A stretch of DNA of 64,000 bases from Octopus bimaculoides. Taxonomy: Eukaryota. This document shows positions 14,538 to 26,568 of this stretch, in pieces (positions within the stretch are counted from its first letter, which is position 1; the number at the start of each line of letters is the position of its first letter). The DNA is taken from positions 53,455,865 through 53,519,864 of the forward strand of contig NC_068993.1 of the NCBI RefSeq assembly GCF_001194135.2, in the 5' to 3' direction. The notes beneath the pieces were generated by a model. The model saw nothing but the letters and a program-made list of their open reading frames with translations. It was not told the origin of the DNA and made no database searches. Both the position numbers and the translations under genes were made by a program.

Positions 14538-14742
14538 CAGTTCTATAATTAAGAGATGAGGAATTATGTACATTATTTACATTTGACGATATTTGTCCTC
14601 ATCTTGTTTGTTGTTAACACATTTTGGCTAATACCACCTGCCTTGAATATAACACCTGATGAAGGCTGGAGGGTATATCAGCCGAAACGTTGTTTTAACA
14701 ACAAATAAGATGAGGACAAATATCCGTCAAATGTAAATAATG
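14538..14742. mobile_element. Head-to-head inverted pair of SINE 3' modules flanked by a 17-bp direct repeat
   Basis: 14538-14644 is the tail on the - strand and 14651-14742 is ribozyme plus tail on the + strand. TAACAATTATACCTGTT occurs at 14521-37 and 14743-59. Confidence 0.8.
14651..14696 (+). ncRNA. Minimal Penelope-type hammerhead motif within a SINE 3' module
   Basis: AACAC-CTGATGA-A-GGCTG(gagggtatat)CAGCC-GAAAC-GT-T-GTTTT. Core intact, helix III only formable via palindromic AACGTT (dimer), one mismatch in helix I. Confidence 0.65.
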
Positions 14743-14777
14743 TAACAATTATACCTGTTGAGAACGTCAGTATATTT

Positions 14778-14863
<86 letters not shown>

Positions 14864-15024
14864 GAGAGAGAAAGAGTGAGAGAGTGAGAGAGAAAGAGTG
14901 AGAGAGAGAGAGAGAAAGAGTGTGAGACGAGAGAGAGAGAAAGAGAGTGTAGTTGACTGGTTCTAATGGAGACATGTCTTATACAGCACCATGACAGAAT
15001 TTGAACCCAAGAGACAAAATTATA

Positions 15025-15660
15025 ACACTGGTTTCAAATTTTGGCACAAGGCCAGCAATTCTGTAGAGTGGGCTAAATTGATTACATTGACCCCAGTGTT
15101 TGACCGGTGCTTATTTCATTGACCCTGGAAGGATGAAAGGCAAAGCTGACCTCGGTGGAATTTGAACTCAGAATGTAAAGACAGATGAAATACCTCCAAG
15201 CATTTCACCCTGTCTGCTAATGTTTCTTATTTCTTTACTGCCCACAAGGGGCTAAACATAGAGGGGACAAACAAGGACAGACAAATGGATTAAGTTGATT
15301 ATATCGACCCCAGTGCGTAACTGGTACTTATTTAATTGACCCCAAAAGGATGAAAGGCAAAGTCGATCTCGGCGGAATTTGAACTCAGATCGTAAAGACA
15401 GACGAAATGCCGCTAAGCATTTTGCTTGGTGTGCTAACGATTCTTTTAATTTCTAGGTACAAGGCCAGAAACTTGTGGGGAGGGGACCAGTCGATTACAT
15501 CAACCCCAGTACACAACCGGTACTTAATTTATCGACTCTGAAAGAATGAAAGGCAAAGTCGACCTCGGTGGAATTTGAACTCAGAACGTAGTGGCAGACG
15601 ATATACCACTAAGCATTTCGCCCTGTCTGCTAACGTTTCTGCCAGCTCACCACCTTGACA
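15025..15660 (-). mobile_element. Cluster of 3-4 family B SINEs (conserved central domain, Meta-domain-like)
   Basis: Repeated reverse complement of GAGTTCAAATTCCGCCGAGGTCGACTTTGCCTTTCATCCTT..GGGTCGATAAATTAAGTACC. The superfamily assignment is an inference. Confidence 0.75.
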
Positions 15661-16605
15661 AAACTAAATATTATAAAGTAGTTTTCTGTCTCGGTCTCCA
15701 GGATCTGAGTCATGTATACTGAACATCTGGATTTGGTTTTCTTTATATTATTTGAACAATTAGTTGGATGACTGTGTGAGCTCGTACACGTGTGGCTATG
15801 TCTGTTTGTATGTTTGTGTGTTGTGTGCTGTGCGTGTGTTTTTTGTGTGTGTGTTGTGTGCTGTGCGTGTGTTTTTTGTGTGTGTGTTGTGTGCTGTGCG
15901 TGTGTTTTTTGTGTGTGTGTTGTGTTGTGTTGTGTATGTATGTATATGTAATGTGCATGTGTGCATGCGTATATGGGTATGTGAATGTGTATAAAGTACC
16001 TCTGTATGGTAATATGTGTTCTGTATGTATGAGTCAGTGTATGTCTCTCTCTCCATCTCTGTCTGCCTGCCTGTCTATCTGTCTGTCTGTCTGTCTGTCT
16101 CTCTCCATCTATAATCTATGTATATATGTATGTATGTATGTGTGTGTGTGTGTGTATGTATGCATGCTTCTATATTATATGTATATGTGTGTTTATCATA
16201 AACTATGTCTGAAATAGATGTGCACATGCATACACACACACACACACACATACACACATGCACACACATACATACACACACATACACACATGCACACACA
16301 TACATTCATGCACACATACGTACACACATACATACACACATACATACATACACACATACATACATACATACACACATACATACATACACATACATACATA
16401 CATACATATACACATATATACATATATACATACATACACAGATACACACACCCATACATACATATATACAGTTTTAAAGTTACAATATTGATTTCTAATT
16501 GAAAAATGAAGTCAGATTTAAAGAATTGAAACTGTTACATTCATATATTTATGTCACGCACTTGTTTCTGATCAATTCTTTAATGATACTTTATTCTTTC
16601 AATAA

Positions 16606-16678
<73 letters not shown>

Positions 16679-18013
16679 TATGAACAAGATGGATATTTTG
16701 AAGAGGCTGTTTGTATATTAACGAAATGAAAATATTTAATGAATAATAGGGAAAGACAAAAATGTAAACTAAAATATTCAACCAACAAACCAACCAGCCA
16801 ACTTCTCACCCATCTGTCCATTTGTTTGTCCATTTTTCTATTTGTCCAGCCAATCTGCCCTCCATCCATCCATCCATCCATCCAGCTAGTCAAATTACCA
16901 GCCTACCCTCCCTCCCTTCATCTATCCATCCATCCATCCGTCCATCTGTCCATCCATCTATCTGTCTTTAAATCCCTCCGTCTGTTTGTCCATCTGTCCA
17001 TTTATCCAGCCAGCTAGCCAGTCAACTAGCCAGCTAGCTATCTGTTGTGCAATTGAAAGACACCTTATCTGATGGCTTTATTCAACATAAAACTTCAATT
17101 AACAGCAAAACACTTATCCAAGAATGGAGACAGCACACAACTGATTACATTTATACAATAAAATTCATCAAAACTTGTTAATCCTTGTGAACAACTTCCT
17201 CTATTATCATGAGACTGCATGTAAAGCTTGTCAATGGAGGAAATACTGAATGTGAATCTTGTCTTCTTTTTATAATTATTTAGTCCATTTTTTGGGGTCA
17301 GTTCATTTCTAGAATTATTCCAAATTCCTTCATGTTTGTAAGGAAGAATTCACTGGACCAAGCTACAGAGCTTGTAATAAATGGTTTTTGCAACAATCTT
17401 ACTCTCTTGATAATGTTTTAAATTCACAAATCCAAAATACTAGAACATGGAAACTATCAAGAACCCAAAGGAAGAGGTTCATCAGAATTGGGCCCTTAGT
17501 GGGGTCCCTAGGCAATTGCCCAGTGTACCCATGCCTTACAATGACACTACTGGCAACATTGTTTTTTTTTTTGGTCAACCTTTCAATGTTTGAATCTCAT
17601 ATTTTCTGATTGTTTGTGTGTTGGTGCTAAATATCTCATCTGGCATAGGTTGGACAGTTTGACAGGAGGTGGAAAGCTGGAGGGCTGCTCCAGATTTCAT
17701 TGTCTGCTTTGACATGGTTTCTCTGGCTGGATGCCCTTCCTAATGCCAACCACTCAACAGAGCGGCACTGACATCAGCTGAGTCATCAAGTAACTTGCAA
17801 GATGATGACTTCTCAGCTGGGAGAGGGAATGGAACTGCAGGAGGCGACTTTGTTCCAGGTGAGAGGTTAGAGTATAAAAGAGGGATACAGATAGGTGTCT
17901 CAATGTACTGGAGATACTTGGCTGCATCAGTGGGAAAAGAAAGAAGAGGAAGGAGAGATATAGTTTGCTATGGTAGATATGTTAGAGCATGAAGAGTGTG
18001 CAGACAGGCATGA

Positions 18014-18056
<43 letters not shown>

Positions 18057-18066
18057 NNNNNNNNNN

Positions 18067-18128
<62 letters not shown>

Positions 18129-18199
18129 TAGGGGCCTATAGTTTCTTTGATATTGTAGTAGCAAACATAAATTGTTTGCATGAATTCCACATCATCAGT

Positions 18200-19650
18200 T
18201 AGAGAATCTATCTAGTTGATGCAAACATAGCATTTCAGAAAACCTGTTCCAGGATCATACAACAAAAGAACTCAGGTCACCATAGGAAGGCAATGGGAAT
18301 AATCCAGAAGTTTCTCATTGAATTAGCATTGGTTACAGCATGCAATAATGACTGGAGTGCATAGGCATCATTAGTGAGAAGACTTTGCCAGGCAGCTTGC
18401 ATGGCCTTAAACCTAGCATGATTGCTTTCAAAAATACTTTATTGAATCTCTCCAGCAGTTCATTACTTTGGGGGTCATGATTAGTGGTTTTGATCCATGA
18501 TATTCCTTCATTAGTGAGAAATTCATGCTGTTATAAAAGAGGTTTTACAAACATAGTAAATGTAAATTAGCAAACCATAAATAGAAAACAACCGGTAAGG
18601 ATAGTTAGTGTTTGGTGTGAACTATGATATCATCTATGAGCTTAAGAAAATATTGATTCTAGTCGATACAAGAATGTGGTCCTTTGAAGTTGGTGTTTAG
18701 CTGTTCAAAAGTTTGAGTAACCTTTATGAAGTGCTTTTTGTATGGTCTGTGAATTTTATAGCTTGTTTTCCATGCATACATTACATGAGGCAACCATTTG
18801 TTGGACATCATCTGTGGAATATGGCATGTTTTTCAGGCTCACAAAGTGATGCAAACGAAGAATCCTTTATCGGCAGGACACAGTGTGAAGCTCAGCTAGA
18901 GGCTCATGATCTTGAAGTGTTGTCTCACAATGCAAATTTCTTTCCCTACAGCCTTGCAATCAATTTACTCTGCTGATTAAGAATAAAGAGAGTAATGTGA
19001 TCTAGTGGCAACAGGATGGCAATCAAATGTCAGGTTTAACAAATAAGGCCGGAGAATTGATGTATTAGCTACTAAATCCACAAATAACAAGAAAAGATAA
19101 ATCACTTCCTAGCTACACTGTTATGAAACTTCTGAAAATTCTGGTCAAGAATGATGTCAGAACACCACTGGGGAAATACAGACCAATGTACATTATTAAA
19201 AGATCCACTGGTCATCCAACAAGAGGCGAATGTTTAACAGAGATTGAAGCAATGGTACTAAAAATAGAATTTATCTATTGCTAAAATATATAGTGAGTGG
19301 CATTTAACTAAATCAAGATGGACAAAACTTTCAGAGTTATAACCCTCTAATAAGTCATCAGCTTATCAATATGATCCCTGAGATAGCAGGTGATATTGAT
19401 TGACTGATGAAAGTAGTGGCAACATCGGTAGATGATGAAGAGGCAGTTATGGCACATTTTAGAGAAGTGACTCTTCTTTTGGCTCTTATGACACAGAAGA
19501 TGTGTGTCATCATGTACAGGATATCCAGACATCAGATGCTTTGAAAACACCCAAGAAAATTACTGCTTATTATGATCACTCGGATGGGATCTAGGCATTT
19601 TTCATAAGGTATAATTTGGTCACAACCTGATCTTCCTTCGATAGCTAAAT
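18200..19650 (-). mobile_element. Degenerate Gypsy-like LTR retrotransposon pol remnant (integrase clearest)
   Basis: Minus-strand translation gives LRLHHFVSLKNMPYSTDDVQQMVASCNVCMENK (CxxC of the integrase Zn finger) and IKVTQTFEQLNTNFKGP (cf. IKATQPFERLxxDFKGP). Many stops and frameshifts, no LTR recognised, boundaries approximate. Confidence 0.65.
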
Positions 19651-19998
19651 AATTAATTTAATCTATCGTTTGGGCCAATTATTTTGTAGAATAATAAATT
19701 CTTTTACGCTTGTAGCAAGAAAGTCACTGGTTCAACCTATGTAGCTTGCAGTAAATGTTTTTCACAAATCTATCTGTTTGTCTGACTCTATCTCCGTATT
19801 AGTCTATTCATTCATCACTTCCTCTATATGAGTATCCATCAAGCTCCATCCATATCTGCCTTTTAATCTATCCATCCAACCAACCCTTCTTCTATCAATC
19901 CACCCAACCAACCCTTCTCCTATCAATCCATCTTAATCCATCAGTAGTCACCAAACTAGTTACCTCCCTTACTAGAAGTCTTTAGATAGCCGTCGAAT

Positions 19999-20025
19999 AT
20001 GGCGGCGGGAGACTTTGACGACGAC
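19999..20025 (+). CDS. MOSPD2: MOSPD2-like gene, coding exon 1 (MAAGDFDDD)
   Basis: ATG in a CpG-rich patch (cgtcgaatATGGCGGCGG). 27 nt followed by a perfect GTAAGT donor, phase 0, splicing in frame to exon 2 across a 147-bp intron. Confidence 0.8.
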
Positions 20026-20172
20026 GTAAGTTCTTGTTGTTGTTGTTTTGACTGCTGTTATCTTTTGTCACTTTATACCGTGTTAACTGTTGCTCTTCCG
20101 TTCTTGTTACCCGACAAAAATATAACAAATCAGGTCATCTAAACATTAGTCTGTCGCTTGCATTTGTTGTAG

Positions 20173-20233
20173 GAGCCGGCCACGCCGGACCACATGTCGT
20201 CTGTAAGACAAGTATTTCTGGACAAATATCGAG
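20173..20233 (+). CDS. MOSPD2: MOSPD2-like coding exon 2 (EPATPDHMSSVRQVFLDKYR+G)
   Basis: ttgttgtag acceptor and GTAAGT donor. The 61-nt exon ends in phase 1, and its terminal G plus AT of exon 3 gives Asp. The peptide parallels the 'ISETRRRFEAEY' helix of human MOSPD2 (recalled, not aligned). Confidence 0.8.
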
Positions 20234-21195
20234 GTAAGTGAAACATCTTCTCTTGTCTTTTACTTTATTGTTGTCATCAGATGTCAGAGGAGCCAAAACG
20301 AAGGGAACACAATCACTTGATTTTATTGAAGCTATTGCTTTTCTCTCTTGTTTTGTCACACAAGTCTTCATGATTATTTATTACTTTCTGTCACTGTTTT
20401 CATCTCTCCATCTCTCTCTCTTTCGCTATCCTCTTCTCTATCTCCTTGTCTTTAACTCTCTCTCTCTCTCTCTCTTTCTGCCTATCCGTCTCTGTCTAAA
20501 TCGTAGTATCCTCCAATCAGTCATTTACAATCAATCTTTCTTTCTCTCTTTCGTCTCCATCTCTCTAGCAACGCCCCTTCCATTGCTATATGTCAGTACA
20601 CACACACACATACACACACACACATATACACATACACAGGGACACACATATACACATACACACCCACATATGTATAGAAACACGCACACACGTCACCCGT
20701 TTCTAAGCATCCCTTCATCTGAAGATTTGTCACTGAAGATGGAGCAATTTAATTCTGATTTACAGTTTTCTTAGATTTTATATTACCATTTTTATGAAAT
20801 ATCCTTATCTTTACTGTATATGAATATGTGTATACGTACGTACATTCATTCATGCATACATACAGACTGGTACCTGTATGTTTGTCTGTAAATATATATA
20901 AATGCCCGTGTATGAATATGTATGTAAACGTGAAGATATCTGTGTGTGTGCGTGTATATATATATATATCATATATATATATTATATATTATATATATAN
21001 NNNNNNNNNATAAACATACGCAAACGCAACAGCATGTCATTATTAATAGTTGGTGATGATGTTTTGGATATTTTGTTTACTTTTGTCTGTTTTCTTTTGT
21101 TGCAGTCATCTGACAACTCTTCGCATATTCACTGCGACAATTATTTCAACTCACACTGCACACAGTTTCCATCTATCTATCTATCTATCTATCCG

Positions 21196-21227
<32 letters not shown>

Positions 21228-21705
21228 ATATATTTATATATTTAATTATATTTATATATTTAACTATATAAAGCTCTCTCTCTCCCATTTGTATGTATGT
21301 ATGTATGTATGTATGTATCTATCTCTCTCTCTATCCATCTACACATACGTACATAATACATACATACATACATACATTCACATACCTGTGTCTGAGTATG
21401 TAGCTATACACATATACGCGCTCACACAAAGATCGTCTAAATGTCTGCGTACATTTACATTTATGTATGAATGTTTTACTGAGATTTTCTCCCACACACT
21501 CGTTTGTTGTTATTGTCAGATATCATGGTAGAAACTAAAACACTTAAAAACACTCCACTCAGTCCCCGAATTGCCACAATCCTTAACCATTTCAAACACC
21601 AAGCTCTTTACAGTTTCGCACTGTCATTGTTCGGTGTATCCAAGCTCTCAACATCCACCAGATTCTGTACCAGTCATATTATGAGGCTCATGCTTTCATC
21701 TCCAT

Positions 21706-21746
<41 letters not shown>

Positions 21747-21794
21747 CATAAGACATTATAATCGGTCATAATGTCTTACGTTTAAGATGATTCC

Positions 21795-21893
21795 CATGCT
21801 TTCCCTGATGAGAAGGTTACAATTTTAACATCAAAGATCCCTATGGATCACACAGGTTGTAATCCTTTGAAACATGTGTAGGAATAAAGTATG
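21795..21893 (+). ncRNA. Type I hammerhead ribozyme motif, intact core, predicted cleavage after GUA at 21880
   Basis: Core CTGATGA 21805-11 and GAAA 21869-72. Helix II GAAGGTTACAA/TTGTAA-T-CCTTT with an apical GATCC-CTAT-GGATC hairpin. Helix III AC-ATGT-GT. Helix I CATGCT-TTCC/GGAA-(TAA bulge)-AGTATG. Confidence 0.8.
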
Positions 21894-22165
21894 CAATTAT
21901 AACATGCGTTTTCTCCAATCCTTAAATTCTTAAATATACTCAAATACCCAAAATTTCAAGNNNNNNNNNNGCAATTATAACATGCGTTTTCTCCAATCCT
22001 TAAATTCTTAAATATACTCAAATACCCAAAATTTCAAGGAGTTCCTGCCTTAAAAACAGGAGCTAACCACAGTTATTTTGTGTTCTTTGCTACATTGGTT
22101 TCTATTAACCCATTTATTCTATCAGAAGAATTTTTATTCATTAAGATAGAAGAAATACACATAAT

Positions 22166-22235
<70 letters not shown>

Positions 22236-22881
22236 AACATCTTGAGATTGATGAAGAAAACCACATTCGATATTTTGTCTTGATTTTCTGACCCCTTCCC
22301 TCACTGGAATGACCTCTCTACCATTAGATATTTCGTATTGTGGGAATGATGGTGATGCTGGTAATGGTTAAATTGTTCTGATTGATAGACGAGGTTTTTT
22401 CTCTGGATCGTTTCCCTGAGGGGTCTAAAACGTGCTTTCGATTACCTGTTGGAGCTGGGTTTTTCTCTCTTTTTTTTCTGCAGAGGGAAGAATTGATAGT
22501 CTGGGTATACGTTTTAACAAGGGCAGCCCTACTTAAGTCATCTACGGTTTCATAATCAACCTGTTTTCTGAAAGTGAACTACAACGACCCTCCAAGATAT
22601 CATCTTCCATCTGTGTGTGTGTATGTGTGATGGAGTGTGTAGAATTCGTGAAGTGTTTGTATTTCTGTGACCTGCTATTGAGGATGTTTGTATTTGTATG
22701 TAAATGACAGTCCACTTGAGAGTATACAATGTGTTTAGAGTCAACACACACACACGCAGACATACTCTCAAATATATGTGTGTGTACATGTATATATTTA
22801 TATTCAAATGAACATATAAGTGTGAAGAGTATATAAACGAGAAAAATTCAAAATATGTTGGAGAGTTTATTCATTTATTTG

Positions 22882-22930
<49 letters not shown>

Positions 22931-22974
22931 TACACACACACACACATACACACATATTTGTAAATATGTCCTTG

Positions 22975-23695
22975 CAGAGAAGAAGTAGACAGGAACTGCA
23001 TATGCTGTACCCAGTGTAAGCTCTGGGTGCACCAGAGATGGAGTGGACTCCCATACAGGCTGAGAGGAAGCAGGCTTTGTATGTGACAGTTGCACTGTGA
23101 TTATATGTACTAAAAACACACTGACAATAGATTCTTTTAGATGCTCAATAGGGGCACTAGAAGTAGCTGATAGCTTCTGTTACCATGGTGACATAATTAA
23201 CAGTGGAGGTGGTTGTTTGGAAAATATAGTAGCTCAGGTAAGAACAGGTTGGGAAAAGTTCAGTGGGTGTATTGCCTCTGCTGGTAACAAAGGGCTTCTC
23301 CGTCAGAGTGAATGTCTGATTGTATGATGTTTGTGTTTGAGTTGTGAGGCTGCATGGTAGTAAGACGTGGACCTTGAATGCAGAAGACTTGCAAAGGAAA
23401 GAATAAAGTGTTGGCATTATGCTCTGATGAATGGGTTAGTGTACACGAGTCACAGAGTAGAAATGAGCTGAGAGAAAAACTGGGTACAACAGGAATCAGA
23501 TGTTGTGTACAAGAGGGAAGACTGCGTTAATATGGACATGTGATGTGTAGAGGGGGGTTAGTGCTGCATAAGGAAGTACCTTGTATGCCAAGTGGAGGAG
23601 GGAGACTGGGGAAGACTTGAGACAAAGTGGTGAAGGCTGATCTGAAGAGGGATCATACCGATTGGTGAAACACTGTTGAAGACCAGACTGACCAG
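22975..23695 (+). mobile_element. RTE LINE 3' fragment
   Basis: LEVADSFCYHGDIINSGGGCLENIVAQVRTGWEKF, followed by decayed GSETW, RWxGHV and VKADL segments. Confidence 0.75.
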
Positions 23696-25039
23696 ACAAC
23701 ACACGGCCTCTATCACTATTCGCATTTCAATGTGCATTGAAATGAGAATAGTGATAGAGGCCGTGTGTGTGTGTTTATATTCATATCCTGTCACCTTTTG
23801 CATCCCTGACCCTTCTCTTATTATTAATTTGTCAATGATGACCAAGGACATCATATATAGAAGAAGACAGGGACTGAAGGAATTGGCCCTGGACTTGCAC
23901 AGTCAGCATTTTCTTTGTACCCCTGCAATCCTGTTCTGTCCATAGAAGGGTCTTGCACTTGCATTTTCCAGATGTTGAGGTTGATCTCAAAGCTCTTCAG
24001 TGGGGCTTTAAGTGTGTGTGTGGTCATTCTTAGTGCTAAGAAGTATTCCATCAGTACCTGTCACATGGTTGGGCCACCAGCAACTAAAGTGTTGGACACC
24101 CTGTAAGATGAAAAACTAAACTTGTCGATGGACAGATGAACTCAGTAGAGTCGATGGCATTGCTGACAGCTGTTGTCTTTGAGGTCTCAGACAAGATAAT
24201 TTGTCAGCAATGGTTATACTCATCTTGAGTTGAAAGCTACCATGTATGTATGTGTGTGTGTGTATGTATGACTACATGTGTATGCATCTAAGTATGTATA
24301 TCTATATGTAAATATGTATGTGTGAAACTATAAGATGTTGCCCAAACACTCTTCTCTGAGTGCACTGCTTCTCATAGCAGAAACAGCTGTAAGCTTATGA
24401 AGTGTATTACTTAATTTCTGTTCCCTATGCCTTGTGTCTCATGACAATCCTAAGGCTCTGAACACATGGTCTATTCTAGTTATCTCCAAAGGAAGAAGGT
24501 ACTATAAACTCATAAAGCAAAATATGCCGAATATGGTCATGCTCTTTCGTCACTTCTGTTATAGCTTTGAAAAAATAACTGTTAAAATGGAAATGCATTC
24601 TCCAAAACTTTCTCTAAGAATAAGTACAAGGTAAAATTACTACCTGCTTTTTTAGCAAGTTGATGCAGGTAGTTTATCTCATCCCTCTCCAACTTTTAGT
24701 TCATGCAATTAAAAAAAACACATTATTTACGGGATGACCCAATATATATGTATAGGCTTGTTTAAGCAACAGGAAAATAGATCTCAAGACTTAAGTTTGT
24801 GTATATATATATATATGTATATATATATGTATATATATATGTATAATTTCAGTTATTAATAATTGGTTGACATTACAGAGTGACTGAAGGAGCATCATGC
24901 ATTTGATAAGTGCCAGTTCATGAAACTCTTGGCTCTTGGTATGTGTATATACAAAGTGTATATATATACAAAGTGTGCATCAGCTTCTCTGCTAAACTAT
25001 TTTAATATGAGCTGCTGCCTGAATATATATTCCTTCTGT

Positions 25040-25345
25040 ATCACCATCATCATCATCATCATCCTCCTCCTCCTCCTCATCATCATCATCATCCTCATCA
25101 TCATCATCATCCTCCTCATCATTATCATCCTCCTCATCATCATCATCATCCTCATCATCATCATCCTCATCATCATCATCCTCCTCATCATCATCATCAT
25201 CCTCATCATCATCTCCTCATCATCATCCTCCTCATCATCATCATCCTCCTCATCATCATCTCCTCATCATCATCATCCTCATCATCATCATCCTCATCAT
25301 CCTCCTCCTCCTCATCATCATCATCCTCCTCCTCATCATCATCTA
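25040..25345. repeat. (CAT/CCT)n compound trinucleotide microsatellite
   Basis: Seen directly; it generates the spurious poly-I/S/H and poly-M ORFs. Confidence 0.9.
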
Positions 25346-25829
25346 ATGTCCATTTTCGATGGCGGCATGGTTTTCACTGTTTAATTACATACGACAACTT
25401 GAAGAAAGTAACGTACAACATGACCTTTAGTGGAAGATGCTGGTAATGTAAAATCTTGTAACTTGTTTGCAGAAGATGCAGTTCTAATTCTTTTTGATAA
25501 GAGACGACTCCTCTACCAGAAATCCGAGAAGGTGATGGCTTGTCCATGACCCCGGCTACAAGGATCTTTGAACCATACAATGAAATAATGACGTAATTAG
25601 AATATAAGCCCCATACCTTACAATTCATGGAATACTTAACTGAACATGATCTTTTTTGTTTTTTAATTGAGAGAATATCTAGAACACACTCACATATGCA
25701 GAAAGGGAATAATAGGAAAGAGAAAGAGAGTGTTGGCTAGTAATAACGAAGTAACGATAATGTTGGGTTGAATATGGACGGATTCAATGCAATGTCGTTT
25801 CTTGTTACTCAGGCGGCAGGATGAGAGTG

Positions 25830-26010
25830 AGAGGATGATTGAGTGATGAATGATGGAAGTGAGAAGATGATTGAATGATGAATGATTGAATGATGATTGA
25901 ATGATGAATGATTGAATGATGGAAGTGAGAAGATGATTGAATGATGGAAGTGAGAAGATAATTGAATGATGAATGATTGAATGATTGAATTGAGAGGATG
26001 ATTGTAGAGA
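25830..26010. repeat. GAATGATT/GGAAGTGAGAAGAT low-complexity minisatellite
   Basis: Recurrent GATGATTGAATGATG and GGAAGTGAGAAGAT blocks. Confidence 0.7.
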
Positions 26011-26537
26011 GGTGACATATTAATTGGAGGTGGGATAAGAGAAGAGAGAATGGAGTAATGGGGCAAAGTTAAATTGTGGAAAATTGTTTTTCATGTTTTA
26101 TTCCAAGTTGAAATAGTCGCAAAGTCTGAAGAAACCGGTACTAAAATGTTCTTCATGATAAAATTATTTTAGCATTTTCTACCTTGTTTTATTTTCCTTA
26201 TACATATCAACTTGTGTGTTACTTTGAAGGCATCCAGCTGTAGAAACTCTGCCAGATCAGATTGGAGTCTGGTGTAGCCATCTGGTTCGCCAGTCCCCAG
26301 TCAAATCGTCCAACTCATGCTAGCATGGAAAGCGGACGTTAAATGATGATGATGATGATGACATATATGTATATATATACACATAGATATATCTACACAC
26401 ATATATTAATGTTTGTTTCTATTTTTTATATATTTATAGTAATATTTATTTTTTATTTTAATTGAAGGGTTACTCTATACTTTTGTTGAGTACAAACATA
26501 CACACACATACACACACAAATATGTATATAGACAATT

Positions 26538-26568
<31 letters not shown>

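Larger units (their letters stand above)
19985..20240 (+). promoter_or_regulatory. CpG-rich promoter/first-exon region with YY1-like motif over the start codon
   Basis: Local CpG enrichment against a CpG-poor background. AATATGGCGGC resembles the YY1 consensus AANATGGCGGC. The transcription start site is not determinable. Confidence 0.55.

Noticed and set aside
19999-20030. Acidic N-terminus GDFDDDE as an FFAT-like motif
   Set aside because: It lacks the EFFDAxE core; similarity is too weak.
21893-22038. 68-bp tandem duplication just 3' of the hammerhead, suggestive of a Penelope partial tandem repeat
   Set aside because: The copies are identical and flank a 10-N gap, the same pattern as 12140-12460, so contig-overlap artefact is more likely. 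Long reads would decide.
23638-23685. CTGAAGA...GAAAC motif
   Set aside because: Helix II does not pair, and the sequence is explained by RTE coding remnants (VKADLKR).
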